NCBI GenBank assembly: GCA_028534125.1
Contig: CM052817.1
Location: 54,066,001 to 54,130,000, forward strand
Direction of reading: 5' to 3'
DNA: 64,000 bases
Source of the DNA: Lama glama
Taxonomy: Eukaryota
The position numbers and the translations under genes are program-made. The notes under the pieces were generated by a model, which saw nothing but the letters and a program-made list of their open reading frames with translations, was not told where the DNA came from and did no database searches. Of this stretch, positions 14,396-27,717 are shown one piece after another. Each line of letters begins with the position of its first letter. The stretch's first letter is position 1.

Positions 14396-14601
14396 CAGTC
14401 TTTCTCAACCAGGATTCTCCAAGATAATGAAACTCTACATAAAGTGACTTGAATGACTATTTCCTCAGTTCTTCCAAGGATGTCACAAGACTGGTATCAT
14501 TGTAGATACATAGGAAAGAGGTAATTCAATATATACAATGGACGCCTTGAGAGGTACTTAGGGCTTAACTCTTTCAAGAAAACTAGGTTGAGAAGGGCTT
14601 G
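14396..14601. mobile_element. hAT-Charlie MITE (MER112-like) inserted into an L2 3' tail
   Basis: TIR-like ends CAGTCTTTCTCAACC / GGTTGAGAAGGGCTTG. The flanks join into an L2 tail (tctggcataaag...agtaggcactcaataatatttgctgaataaat). Confidence 0.65.
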
Positions 14602-14659
14602 AGTAGGCACTCAATAATATTTGCTGAATAAATCTTCTGCTTGAATCTGAACCTCTTCC

Positions 14660-15412
14660 CATTTTTCCTTTTTTACTATTAATATATATACTGTGTAACA
14701 CAAGCCAAAAAAAAGGACTCATTTTGAACATATCTCATGGCCTCATATTTTATATCTCATCCATCATTACTTAGAAACAACCGCTACCGTCCTTCTCTTA
14801 GACTCCAGGCATCTACAAGAGTTATTTCCTGACTCCAATTTGGATAGTGACTCTTGATATTCTGCCCTCAAACTCCACTCTGAAGCTAGATCTTTTCAAA
14901 ATGCAAATCTAACAAATTAGTTTATCATTGCTTAGATCCATTTGTTTTTAGGTTTAAACCAGAGTGCTAATGTCGCCAGGAGGACCCTGCATGACCTGTG
15001 ACATTCTTGTATCTCTAGCCTCACTGTGGACTCATTCACTGCCTTATACTGTGAGCACCAGCCACATATTATAAATGAAGTCTTTAAGTTCCTTGAAAGA
15101 GATACTGGCCATACTTTTCCTCCTCTTCAATCCTATTCCCAGCTTGCCTCCATATGCCTCCTGACCCTTCTCCAGCATTTCAGCTCAGGTTTCTTTAGGA
15201 CACATCCCAACCACCCAGACTAGCTCAGATTCCTTTGTTAAACACTCTTTAGAACTGTGCTCCTATTGTTCAGAGCACTTGTATCAGATGAGCAATATTT
15301 TTCTTGGGATTATTATTTGAATGTTTGTCTTCTTCATTAGACACTATCTTCTCCCTATCCCTTAGCATAATGTCTAACACATGCTAGGAACATAATAAAT
15401 ATTTGCTGAAAT
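14660..15412 (+). mobile_element. L2 LINE 3' fragment
   Basis: tcttttcaaaatgcaaatct...gaccctgcatgacctg...atgtttgtcttcttcattagac...cataataaatatttgctgaa (L2 terminus). Confidence 0.7.
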
Positions 15413-16204
15413 TATTAAGATCAGGGCAAGCCAAATACCAATTACTGGCAAATAAGTAGAGGTTAATGATGGAGGGGACTGTATCAGTTCCTGAAGGATG
15501 AATGTTTTATCATTTTATCTTTGGAAAAATCCACAAGAGTATTTCTATGAGTATTACATCCTAAAATTCAAACTTCATGAAAGATGATAGAAAATTTTTG
15601 TGTTGCCAAATCAACTCACGTTAAAATCTCTTTAAATTCTAGAGTTGTGACCACATGGCTCTACTTGAAAATAATTCTTCTTTTTCATTTTTTTTAAAGT
15701 TATCTTGTTTTGAAAGGGCTAACACACAGTGACTATGATGGCCTCTTGGAAAACGAAAACTGCTAAGTAAAGATTCATTTATTGGGAACATGTGAAAAAA
15801 TAAAATGAGTCAGGGAAGAATAAGTTAGGGTTTTAAATTAGGGAAGACATGTGGCAAAGATGAAATAGGACAGAAGAATAAGGTCTGAAGAATGTGAGAT
15901 TGCATCATTTCCTGAATTTGGGGAATTCTAGGCCACAGCAGGAAAGAGCAATACTTGGATAAAAAGCCAATTTCAAGTTAGCTTTTTAAACAATTTCCTA
16001 TTCACTGGCCTATTAATATGACATTATAATAATGGTCATATAAAAATAATAAAAATACTAAACATTTATTTTTCAACCTTTCTTTTTTCCTTCTGAGATA
16101 TAAAGACTAGAAACTGAATAGCTGGTTTTCTCAATATTCCTGAGAAGAATGGCATCAACAGAATTACTTTAATTTATGACTAAACTGACCACTAAGGAGG
16201 AGGA

Positions 16205-16445
16205 GGCAGTAGAATGTCATGGTGAGGGCGAGTTCTTGAAAATGACTGTTTTGATTTCAATCTCAGCTCCTTTGCTTACTAGCTGTATGACTTTGGGAAA
16301 AGTTCTTAAATTCTCTCTGCTCCAGTTTTTTAGTTAGAAGCAATTTTTTTTAGTCTACTTAATAGTAAAGATTAAATGAGATAACCTACATAAAGACCCA
16401 CCAGAATGCCTACACATAGCAAATATTTAATAAATGCTAACTGTT
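16205..16445 (+). mobile_element. MIR SINE
   Basis: cagctcctttgcttactagctgtatgactttgggaaaagttcttaaattctctctgctccagttt...agattaaatgagataacc...taaatgctaactgtt. Confidence 0.8.
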
Positions 16446-18103
16446 CTTCTCTTCTCCACCATCATTATCAAATTATTACTAGTGTTATTTTCATTTTTAT
16501 TATTATCTTGCCACATGTATAAAAAGATATCTTAACAGACCACACTGAATTTTAAGGGAAATGGGAAATAATGATGAGCATGCTAGGAAATGAATCCTTC
16601 ATAATGCACAGAGAGAACATGATGTGGATATTTTTAAACCCACATGCCATAATATTAATTATGGTTTGAATTATTATTCTTTTATTTATCTGAATTAACT
16701 AAATCTGAATATAGAAGGATTTATGGAATGTTTTGAATGAAAATGAAGAGTTTTGGCTCTGATGTAGGTCAATGATTATATATAATTTTCCTTTAAAAGA
16801 CTACTTTTTTTTTTTGCAAGGGATAAAAGAGAGGCAGTTCCAGTGTTTTGTACACATGCCTCAAACTTGTTTCTGTAAACTCTAAAAAAATGTTGAAATC
16901 AACACTGGTTTGATATAAATATACCAACAGCAGTGACAGACATACAGGCAGTCTCTTGATGAATAACTACTTAGTCTAATTGTCTGACTAAAATTTTGCT
17001 TACAAGTAAGACATAGATGAAAACAGCAATTTCTTCTACCCTTGGTCTTCACTTGAATAAATTATAGAGGTAGAAATTGCCTTTCTCCACTGGCAAGGCA
17101 GGAAAGAAGAGTTAAAGCTATTTTTTCTTCTTTAATTTCAAATTTCACAGCAAAAATTAAAAGCACCAAAAGACACCCCTAAAAACTGCCATTTTGTACT
17201 CAAATTAATTAGCTCTGCTGTCCTGGTGACAGTAAGTAAAAAGAAAATTAGCTATTTTGAAAGAACTAACTAAGCACACTGAGTGAAAAAAGGGTAATAT
17301 TGGTTATACTGGGAAACAGTTAATAAACATACAAAGATTTTTACTAACATTAAGAGCATAATATTTTTAAACAGTTGAGTGAAGAGGAACAAAATGTTAA
17401 CACATATAAGATTTCAACACTGAAAATTTTTTTAAATGAAAAAAGATTCAAAATTGAAATCTTTTCCATTCAAATTTTACCAATTTACCAAGGAAAGTAT
17501 TCTAACAATCATAAACACTGAGAAATTTACAACTGCATCTTGAGGTCCATTAGGGAAATGAAGGGTGAAACATCTTTCTTACAAATTACTGTGTTTGTCA
17601 TCATTGTTATTATTTAAATTCCAGATTAGAAGTTAATCTGTGATAATTTAATTGTAATCTTCAGGCTTCAATTCATACATGTTATTAAAATAAACAACAT
17701 AACAGAGAAGGGATATGGGTAAAGAGAAACTTAGGAAACAGTTAGAAAAATAAAAAAAGATTAAAAAACATTAATCAGTATTAAAGCCGTAAGACTGTTC
17801 ATTATTAATATACATTCTTTGAATGAGGGTAATTCTCCATAGTCCTAAGGTTTTGTTGAAAACAAAAAAACAAAAAGGAAACAAACAAAAAATAAATACA
17901 TAAAATTATAACAGTTGCAGAAATGAACTATCCTATAGGAAGGCATAATTTACATTACATACACTATATACAAGAACAGAAAATAAGTTAGCCTAACTGT
18001 ATACTACTGCATAAGAGGTGGGAAAGAATAAAAGACACATCAAAAACACTTGTGTAGATTCAAGGGCCTGGGCTTCTCTGTGACTGTGGCTTATCAAACA
18101 ACT

Positions 18104-18129
18104 GTTTTATTTTATTTTATTTTATTTTC
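18104..18129. repeat. (TTTTA)n microsatellite
   Basis: Read directly from sequence. Confidence 0.85.
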
Positions 18130-19092
18130 CACCTCCAGAAGGACCTGACACCATCAACCCCTTCAACTTTTGTATGGGGTTGGTTTTAGGCTTTCTGCAG
18201 CGGTTTAGAACTGAAACGTCTCAGCTATGCTCAGTTACCATTCATTCATCTACCTTCCAGCTTCCAAAGTTGTCTCGTTATTGTTTCCTTCGTTTTTTCC
18301 ACTGTCGTAGAATTTATGTCCTAAAAATCTTTTTACTGTCATTTGAATGGGATTCATAAGGGAGGGAAATTAGTTTTATGAGTTAAAACTGCTACATTTA
18401 CTGGGAAGTGTTTTTGTATGTACTTTCGTATATTATTAAAGAAACCCCTCAACAGTTTTTTAAGTAAGAAGCCTAAATCCACCCTTCTCTTACTATTATA
18501 TTTATATATATACACACATCTACATATATATAAATATTAGACATCTATATAAATATAGGTGTATGTGTACCTACAATATGGAAAAAAATCCTAAATTATC
18601 TAAGAATAGATTTTAACTTTTCAAAATAATTTTATTCTACTCTACTCTTTCTACTGGTAAAAACTCCACCAGGAACTTGACGCAGAGAAATTTTAACTAT
18701 TTGTTTCTATCAGAACGGTAGCAGCACATTTTTGCTTACTTAGCAGTAATTTTCAGAAATGAAATTTGTTCTCTCCAGAATGTAAAGTCCTTTGGTAGGA
18801 TGTTTCTTTTGAAACAGTTGGCATATTTTAAGTGAGGAAAGAAAGAAAAATGTGAGCAAAGTTTCAGTCCCTAGAACATTCATGTGTGAACTGCAGTGGC
18901 AACAGTGGCTCTGCTCTAAATAGCACCCAGGTGGCCAGAAAGCAGCAATGAGCCTTGTGAGTTTCAATTACTAGCTAGCAGTACTTTGCACACTAGGGAA
19001 AAACTGGATCAAAAATATCATAAAAGTTGCTATACATCCAAAGGCATGAGCAAAAAATGTATCTACAACACATTCTGCAAATGTCTAGCAAT

Positions 19093-19782
19093 ACTAGCAA
19101 TGTTCTAGGGCAGTCTACCCAGGCAACAGAAATAGAAGCAAAAATAAACAAATGGGACCTAATTAAACTTACAAACTTCTGCACAGCAAAGGAAATTATA
19201 AACAAAACAAAAAGACAACCTACAGAATGGGAAAAAGAGTTACAAATGATGCAACTGACAAGGGCTTAACCTCCATAATATACAAACAGCTCATACAACC
19301 TAATAATAAAAACGATCAAACAACCCAATCCAAAAAGGGACAAAAGACCTAAACAAGCAATTCTCCAATAAAGACATATAAATGGCCCATAGGCACATGA
19401 AAAAAATGCTCAGTAGCGCTAAGATCAGAGAAATGCAAATCAAAACTACAATGAGGTATCACCTCACACGTCTGGCCATCATTCAAAAGTCCACAAATGA
19501 TAAATGCTAGAGAGGGTGTGTAGAAAAGGGAACTCTCCTACATTGCTGGTGGGAATGCAGTCTGGTGCAGCCATTATGGAAAACAGTATGGAGATTCCTT
19601 AAAAAACTAAAAATAGACTTACCATATGATACAGCATATGTATCTCACTCCTGGGCATTTATCTAGAGGGAACTCAAATTTGAAAAGATACATGCACCCC
19701 AATGTTCATAGCAGCACTATTTACAATAGTCAAGACATAGAAACAACCTCAATGTCCATTGACAGATAACTGGATAAAGAAG

Positions 19783-19826
<44 letters not shown>

Positions 19827-20250
19827 TTATTTATTTATTTATTTATTTATTTGTAATGGTATACTATTCACTCATAAAAATAATCAAATAATTGCCAATT
19901 GCAGCAACATAGATGGACATGGAGTTTGTCATTCTCAGCGAAGCCAGAAAAAGAAAGAAAAATAACATATGATATCACTTATATGTGTAATCTAAAAAAG
20001 AGACACAAATAAGCTTATTTACAAAACAGAAACAGACTCACAGACAGAAAACAAACTTATGGTTACAAGGATGGGGGTAGTGGGAAGGGATAAATTAGGA
20101 AATCAAGATTTACAGATACTATCTACTATACATAAAATAGATAAACAACAAGTTTATACTGCATAGCACAGGGGACTATATTTAATATCTTCTAGTAACC
20201 TATAATGAAAAAGAGTATGAAAATGAATATATGTATATGTATGTGACTGG
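19093..20250 (+). mobile_element. Relatively young L1 (end of ORF2 plus 3' UTR), truncated at both ends; antisense to ADGRL3
   Basis: ORF remnant TEIEAKINKWDLIKLTNFCTAKEIINKTKRQPTEWEK is the L1 ORF2 C-terminal region. It is followed by gaaatgcaaatcaaaactacaatgaggtatcacctcacac and a cetartiodactyl-type 3' UTR. Confidence 0.93.
19784..19852. repeat. (TG)20 plus (ATTT)n compound microsatellite inside the L1
   Basis: Read directly from sequence. Confidence 0.95.
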
Positions 20251-20694
20251 AAAAAGAACAGAAGAGAAAAAATTAAGTAAGATGGGGGTGAATCAGGAAA
20301 AAAAGAGTCTAGCAATAAAACTACCAAAAGAAAAGAGAATATTTCAAATGTGGACAATGAGTAGCATAGAAATGTCTTTAAAAATAATTTCAATATCTCT
20401 TTCCAAAGAAATCATTACTTTTTTGCTTTGATTTCTAGAAAAAAAAGTATTTGGAGGAATTTCTTTATGGAAAATTACATTAAAAAAGATCAAACAGAAA
20501 GAACAAGGAGATCTGTGAACAAGTAAATGTATTTATTTAATAGTAACAAAAGCAAACAAACAAAAAACAGATCAGCCCTTCTTGTAAATTTATGACTAAT
20601 AATTGGCTCCACGGCAAATTAGGATGTGCTTTTCAATGTGAAAACAATACAATGAAGGAAAAAAATAACAGATGATGAAAATTTATGAAGTCTA

Positions 20695-21215
20695 CAGTGA
20701 CTGGTAAATTGCACAAAAGGACACAAGTTTCTTCCTACCCTATATAAATGTTTGCAACATGAATTGTAACTATCCCTTTAAAGAGGTGAAGCTTCTTTCT
20801 CTACCGATTGCCTCTGGATTGGCCATGTGACTTGCTTTGGCTAATGGTTCATTAAAAAAAAAAAGTGACTCAAGTAGAGATTTGAAAAGTGCTAGCATAT
20901 TGGACGTTGCTCTTGCTTGCGGCTCCTTGGAAGCTTGAGATCACTTTTTAAAGCCTGGAGAATCAGAGATCAAGGAAAGCTCAGAAAATCAGTCCCACAT
21001 GATCCCTTTAACTCTCTTCTAACCAAACAAATCACTCTGCAAACCGCTAGAAATGTGTGTGAGGCCATTCTGAGCCATCAAGCCTCAGCCTGGCTGGCTA
21101 AGATCTTATCAGAAAAATCACACAGTTGACCAACAGAACTGTGAATCTGATAAATGTTTATTGTTTTAAGACCTTAAGTTGTGAAGTGATTTGTTAAATA
21201 AAAACAGATGACACA
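20695..21215 (+). mobile_element. Old MaLR LTR (MLT1G/H-like)
   Basis: tctggattggccatgtgacttgctttggctaatgg...tgtgtgaggccattct...cagaactgtgaatctgataaatgtttattgttttaag...gtgatttgtta. Confidence 0.75.
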
Positions 21216-21399
21216 GTATAATTTTATGTGCTATCTTATTTGGATTAAAATTCACAAGGATAAAAAACAACAATTTAAAATAGATACTAAAAATAATACA
21301 ACAGTTTTTATCAAATAAAATATAAAATTTATAGTTTTTCTCACATTCATTCTGTTCTGTATCTGAGCTTCTGCTACTACAAATATCTTACTACTCTGC

Positions 21400-21680
21400 T
21401 TACTTTTTCAAGATAGATCTTTTCCCAGGAAGTTTTCCTTCAATTTCAAGATCAAGCCAAGAATTTCTCTCTGGATTCCAAAAGAATCTTGATCATACCC
21501 TCAATTACAGGACTTACGATATTAGGCTGAAATTACTTACTTATGCGACTTCTTCTCTTACTACACTTCTAACTCTTCAAAGTCAGGAAGATGTCTTATT
21601 GTCAGTTAAGCCCTAATACTCAGGTCAATTAAACATTTTAAAACAGTAGACATCCCAACTATGTTGCTGAGCTGAATTTA
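21400..21680 (+). mobile_element. L2 3' fragment
   Basis: ttcccaggaagttttcctt...cttctcttactacacttctaactcttcaaagtcaggaagatgtcttatt. Confidence 0.5.
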
Positions 21681-23184
21681 CTAGTACAATTCTCTGATTT
21701 GGATCATACAGAGCAGTGAAAGACCTTAGGAAGATTAACAGAAGTAAACAGATACTCTAGTAAGATCTGCAACAAAAGTTACAGAATAGATAGGTCAAGG
21801 TTTTTGTTTACGGAAAAAATACTGAGCATGTCTTCAGAATTCAAGCTACATCAATCAGATCCACAGTTCAAGAAATAAAAACTAGAGTTGTTGAACAAGA
21901 AACACTGAAGTGACTTGAGCTGGGTTCAGACACTGAATTCTTGGCTGCCTCTTGCTTGCTCGTTTTATAAATGGAGCAGCTTTGAAGAAAGGTCTTTTTG
22001 GTTGAGCAGCAGAGGTGATGGCCTTACTGGAAGCACTCAAAGTAATTTTGGGAAAAAAGCAAAAAGTGGGGGAGCCAGTTAGCGATTACCAGAAATAATG
22101 AGAGGAATTAAACACCTAGAAAGAAAGTGCTCATGAAACAGCGTAGAGAAAGTAATTGCTTTTGAATCTTGAATCTTAAGAAAATGTAAATGGTATTAAT
22201 AGAAAAAAAAGTTAAAAAGAAAGAAAATAAGGAAAATATGAATGTACTCAATCAATTATTAAAATTCTAAAGGCTAGCATCTGTCTTGAATACCATAAAC
22301 ATCAGAACTGATAAGCACCATTTAAATAAAACTACAATGTGTTTATATGTAAGGTTGTATTTTCACATCTTTATGGGGAAAATATCATTGACATGAACAA
22401 CGCAGACCGTTTACATCTGTGACTAAATCCCTTAGGAATCAAAATTAATGAATCCTATGCCTATGAAAGTACGCTTGCAAGTCTTGATTTTCATGAAATA
22501 AGAACAAAAGAATTATTCACTGTAGCATAAAGATAAGATTTTACTATAGGAAGAAACCATAAATTGTAGTATCATGTTTAAATATTAATAATCCATCCAT
22601 TAATAATTTTTCTACTTTTGGATACCAACATAAGAGAATATAACATACTTATAATATAAAAGGTTATTTTTATCACTAGTCACATTGTATATTTTGGATA
22701 ATAGAACTGAAAGTCACAAAATAGTAATAAAAATCTAGCCTTTCCTTCTCCAGGTGTCGATCAAAATTTTAAAGAAAAAATAATCAGAAAGAAAAAATCT
22801 TTATCAACACAGGAAGGTTGTAGTCAATAGCTGGATAGAGACTAACTACCCAACTGGCAAAATAGCACTACTTAAAAAAAAGAAAGAAATCTTCCACCAA
22901 TCAAGCTGTTTGTGAAAAACAAGCCTTCTCTTGTGGCCTTTGTGTTGCTTAAAGTTCTAGAAGACATCTTTTAAGGACAGCAAAATTTTAATTCCTTTCT
23001 CTGATTACTGAAGTGAAAATTAATCTCCAATAGTGATAAAATTGTTCTGCCCACTAAACTGTTCAACAGCTTTCACTCTCAAAATAAAAATATAAATGGA
23101 TTTAATCATACTTTGAAATGTTAACTGTATGAAGTTTGGGCATCTACCATGCAAATTTTCATATTTTCAGTAAGACACTGCTTT

Positions 23185-23395
23185 GTTTTAAATTGAAGTA
23201 TAGTTAGTTCATAATGTGTCAATTTCTGGTATACAGAATACTGTTTCAGTCATACATATACACACATATATTTGTTTTCATATTCTTTTTCATTATAGGT
23301 TACTATTAGGTATTGACTACAGTTCCCTGTGCTATACAGAAGAAACTTGTTGTGTATCTATTTTACATATAATAGTTAATATTTGCAAATCTCAA
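23185..23395 (-). mobile_element. Short L1 3'-end insertion
   Basis: aattgaagtatagttagttcataatgtgtcaatttctggtatacag...ttccctgtgctatacagaagaaacttgttg; TSD ACTGCTTT at 23177-23184 and 23396-23403. Confidence 0.88.
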
Positions 23396-24589
23396 ACTGC
23401 TTTTAAAATTTTTTATTTCTAATAATGTTTTAGTTTTCAACATATCCCTATGTCACAGCTATTATGTAACCACTAATTATTCTGCTCAAATAACTTAAGT
23501 CCATGTTTTCTTTTCCTACCACTTATATTGTCAACCTTTAAAAATAAATATTTTGGACCATTTTCTCTCAGTATCAAATTTCCTCATAATGTTCAATGTG
23601 ATCTTTAGTGTATTTTCAATGTCTCTTCTGTGATTCAACAAAATGGCCAGTTTTGTTGAAACATATATTCCCAGACTCTTTGAGATGCAAACTTTCCCTG
23701 CCCATTATGTTCTATAGAAAAAGTGTGTTCCTTATATTAAGGTGTCTCTAAATCATTTTGATAAGGACTCTGCCTTGATTTCACGTAATTATGAGGAGAA
23801 AAAAGTCAGATTCATAAACTCAAATATATACGTATTTGAGATTGTTTTTGCTGTATTATTTATATATCTTCAATAAAGAAAATCTTTGATAACAGCTGTC
23901 TACACAAACCATAAATTTCTCCCCAAAAGAATGGGGAGGCCGTTTCTTTATTAACACTCCTATAGCTTTAACTCAAGTCTTCAAAGTGTGTTCCTCTCAA
24001 CTGGAGTCTTATTAAAGGATCAATTACTAATGTCCAAGAGCATTCCTGTAAGGAATTACCTGCTTCCTTATGCATCTAGAATGGTATTCCTTATGGAACA
24101 TGCTTGGGAGAATTGCCAGAAGACTCATTCAAATAATTTTCTAGAGGGCTTAATTTCTCACAGAAGCCCAGCTGAGAAAGCCCACCTAAAAGCTAGCCCT
24201 ACTGATGATTCAAGAGTGTCATGTATGATACGACGGGGCAGGTGGCAGTTGATAGGAGGAGAGAAGCTACATTGTTCCATGTCAATTATGTTCGGTAAAT
24301 ATGATTTAACATTCTCCCAACTTAGAGATTCATGATGCTAATAAATGTACTGAATTTACTAAGAAGTTTTATAATAATAATTACAATAATAAGACAATAC
24401 AAATAATAAACATTTCATCTTTGCTTAACTTAATATTTCCAAAACATAACTGGCCATATGATCCTTTTTTCAAATACTCTCAATGGACATCCCCTAAAAC
24501 CAGTGTTCAAACATTTAACAAACTTGGGAAACACCAGAGGGGTAAGTTATCAGTCTCCTACCTTGGAAGTCAAAATCATTTATTTAAAA

Positions 24590-25090
24590 CACAAGCGTTC
24601 AAGTTATATTCCTTTGCTTAAAAATTTTTGGCAGCTTCCTATCACCAGTAAAATAAAATTAAAAGGTATTCTCTACTCTGATATTCAAAACCATAATTTG
24701 CTCCCTCTTTCTCTATCAGTCTCCTGCCATCACATAACACACACCCTTACACACAATGTTGATCAGAATACACAAATTCTCACGTCTTTCCTCATTTTTG
24801 TCTCTTTGTCTAACCAACCAACAAGTATCTGTCACGTTTCAAAATTCAATTTAAATAGTACATCTTTCTCAAAACTTTCCCATAAAATTGTAAGACATTT
24901 CCCTTCTTTGTTCCCACAAAACCTTGTACTAGCTTTTATTTTAATACATACATTATTGATTTAAATATATTGTAGTTGCTTTCCACTCTCTCCAGACTGT
25001 GAACCTTTGAAGGGTGAGACATATGCTCTGTTAATCTTTTTATGCCTAATATCTAATATAATGTCAGGCACAGTAAGGATAATTTAATAA
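24590..25090 (+). mobile_element. L2 3' fragment
   Basis: tcctttgcttaaaaatttttggcagcttcctatcac...ctccagactgtgaacctttgaagggtgagac...atgtcaggcacagtaagg. Confidence 0.7.
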
Positions 25091-25364
25091 TTATTAAAAA
25101 CAAACTTACAGCAGCCATAATTCAGGATAACATTTGGTTTCATAACATCTTCATCCCTATGCATACCGCATATAAATATTAATTTTTGTTTCCCTTCAAA
25201 CTGTACTTTTTTATTATCATTATCTTATAAATTAATAGCTTTTCATTATAAAAGGTTCTCTGTAAAATTCTCTGTATTCTGAAATTGTTTTTAAAAATTC
25301 CTCACTTTGGTTTCAGTGGGGAAAAAAAGAATAATACATTCCTTTTTCACTCTACACCATTCGT

Positions 25365-25710
25365 CTATTGTTTTTAAATGTCACTTACATTCCAGGCACT
25401 GTTTTAGACACTGACATATTGCAGTGAGTTAAAAAACAGTCCTTACCCTCATAGAGCTGATATTCTAGTTGGGTGAGACATACATACATATATATATAAA
25501 TAGATACACACATATATACATATATGAATTTAAATAGATTATATGGACTTGTAGTCATGTCTGAAGAAAAATAAATGAGGAGAAGGAGACAAAATAAATG
25601 TGTCTGGGGGTCTGGGGTGAGAGGGTCTCAACTGTTCTTTGAGACATGGAGTACCAGGAAAGATTCTTTAAGAGGTGAGTTTTAAGCAGAGACTAAATAA
25701 AGTGAGCATC
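25365..25710 (-). mobile_element. L2 3' fragment
   Basis: ccaggcactgttttagacactg...ccttaccctcatagagctgatattctagttggg...gtgagttttaagcagagact. Confidence 0.7.
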
Positions 25711-27453
25711 ACTCCACGTACAGTATGTCATTTCTTGGCATCCTGGATTTTTCTTTCTCTATTAGACTTGACAAATTTATCTTAATTCTCTTAGCACTAG
25801 GGTGATTACTATGCTAAAAGGTACTTTAAATCTAGTACAGCTTATTGAAACTAACAGAAGCTAGCTCTAGTATTTTAGCCATCAGGATCCCAACTGATTG
25901 CTCATATCCTGTAGTGCAAATATTCACAGTAGGGATAAATGGTACACAGAATAAGTAGTGACCTTAAGCATCAGCTGCCTCATAGCAGACAACAACAGTT
26001 GCTTAATAAGATCAATCACTTTCTGAACTGCATACTATAAAGTTTAGAAAGAGAGCCTTCTGAAGTTTGCCATTTGGGATAAATTAAATTTTTTTGAGAT
26101 CATTCTCAATGTATGCATGAATAATGTTATTAATGAGAGTACTGTATTGAGTGCCATGCTGGCAGCCTTTGAATCTTCCAAAGACAGTTTCTGTGCTGGC
26201 TGGTGACTGTGAATATTGCAAATATAGTTAGCCGTGGTAACTTTTTACTTTGTAATAATTTCTTGGGCTCTAAATATTTTATTTCCTTTGTAAAAAAATA
26301 CTACTTTTTCCAACTTCATGACAAATTAAACTTGTGGGGAATAAATTCATTATCCATAAAACATCCCTGGCAATAAATTCTGGACAACTTTACACTGACG
26401 ATTTTGATGCATATACCATTTAGGAATTTAACAGGTGCCTCTTTCTTCACAGTTGGACTCTTGTACTCCATAGTGTCAAACTGCAGCATTGCTACCACAC
26501 TATTCATTTTTATACAAGATATACTTGCACATTTGCATCTCAGTTTATATATGTCATTTAACACTGTACTTGTATTATCATAATTGAATCTACTACTGCA
26601 ACATATCTGCAGAACCCACTCTTGCCCAATTTTTTGAACATACAACAATCCTTAGAAAACATCAGTGAAAATTTTCAGAAGAACACAGAATTGTATGCTT
26701 AGGCTTTATAAATATCATTCTTTGTTGTAAAATATTCAAAAGGAGGAAAATAGATAAGAGAAATAAAAATCATGTTGTTATTTAAGCCAGCTTCAAAGTT
26801 TTCCAAGACCAGTACAAAGAAAAATTTAAAAGAATGGATCCAGAGTCATGAACAGCAATCAGCTGCAATTTTGGGAGAATGGGAAACATGGTAGGAGATA
26901 AGGTCAGACGGGAGTTGGGGTTCCCATCATATTGAGCCTTGAAGACCATGGTAAGGCACACAATATGATTATTTAGTGGCTAATATGCTCCTCTAACATT
27001 TTTGCTAAATTAGCTCCGCTCTATGACGGTAGGGACTTCGTCTAAATTGCACACAGAGGTCCTATACAATGATTTAGGATGAAAAAAATAAAACAAATAC
27101 ATTCACCCTCTTAAGATTTAAAGAAGCTTTATGATTTCTTCTTCTCCCCTTTCTCCCTAGAAGTAGATAACAGCCCTGAGCCATGCCCTTGAGAGTACAC
27201 CTACTAAAACTTAACAAAGGACGGCCAATTTCACATTCACATTGGCTAGACTAAACCAATGAGCACATCATTCCAGACATCCCATGTATAACAATAAATT
27301 AAGCAGTGCTCAGAGTAGTGAAATCTATTAATGGCCCTTTATTCTGGATACTAGTTTGCAAAAGCCTAAATCTACCACCTGTTTGTAGATAGTAATATAA
27401 TTCATTTTCCCAAGGACTGATTTTTGCATTTAAGGGTTTTTTGAGTGCCTTCA

Positions 27454-27717
27454 CTTTTTTATGTTTATTCATTTATTTTTTAAGTTCCACATACAAGGGA
27501 AACCATACAGTATTTGTGTTTCTCTAGTCTGACTTATTTCTCTCTCTGTAGCTTTGTAGTCTAGTTTGAAATCAGAGAATGTGAGACCTCCAGCTTTGTT
27601 CTTTGTTCTCAAGATTGTTTTGGCTATTCAGGGTCTTTTGTGTTTCTATACAAATTTTAAAATTATTTGTTCTAGTTCTGTAAAAAATTTGCTTAGTATT
27701 GGATAGGGTTTGCAGTG
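27454..27717 (-). mobile_element. Compact, internally deleted L1 insertion with a long TSD
   Basis: An ORF2 segment (27547-27715) is fused to a 3'-UTR segment (27460-27540). TSD TTGAGTGCCTTCA at 27441-27453 and 27718-27730. Confidence 0.85.

Noticed and set aside
18920..18940. CTCF-like motif (gcacccaggtggcc); a similar one near 5505
   Set aside because: Mismatches at conserved core positions of CCASYAGRKGGC; not supportable from sequence alone.
24458..24964. 168-aa ORF, the longest in the window
   Set aside because: Overlaps a decayed L2, is antisense to ADGRL3 and has no recognisable domain.
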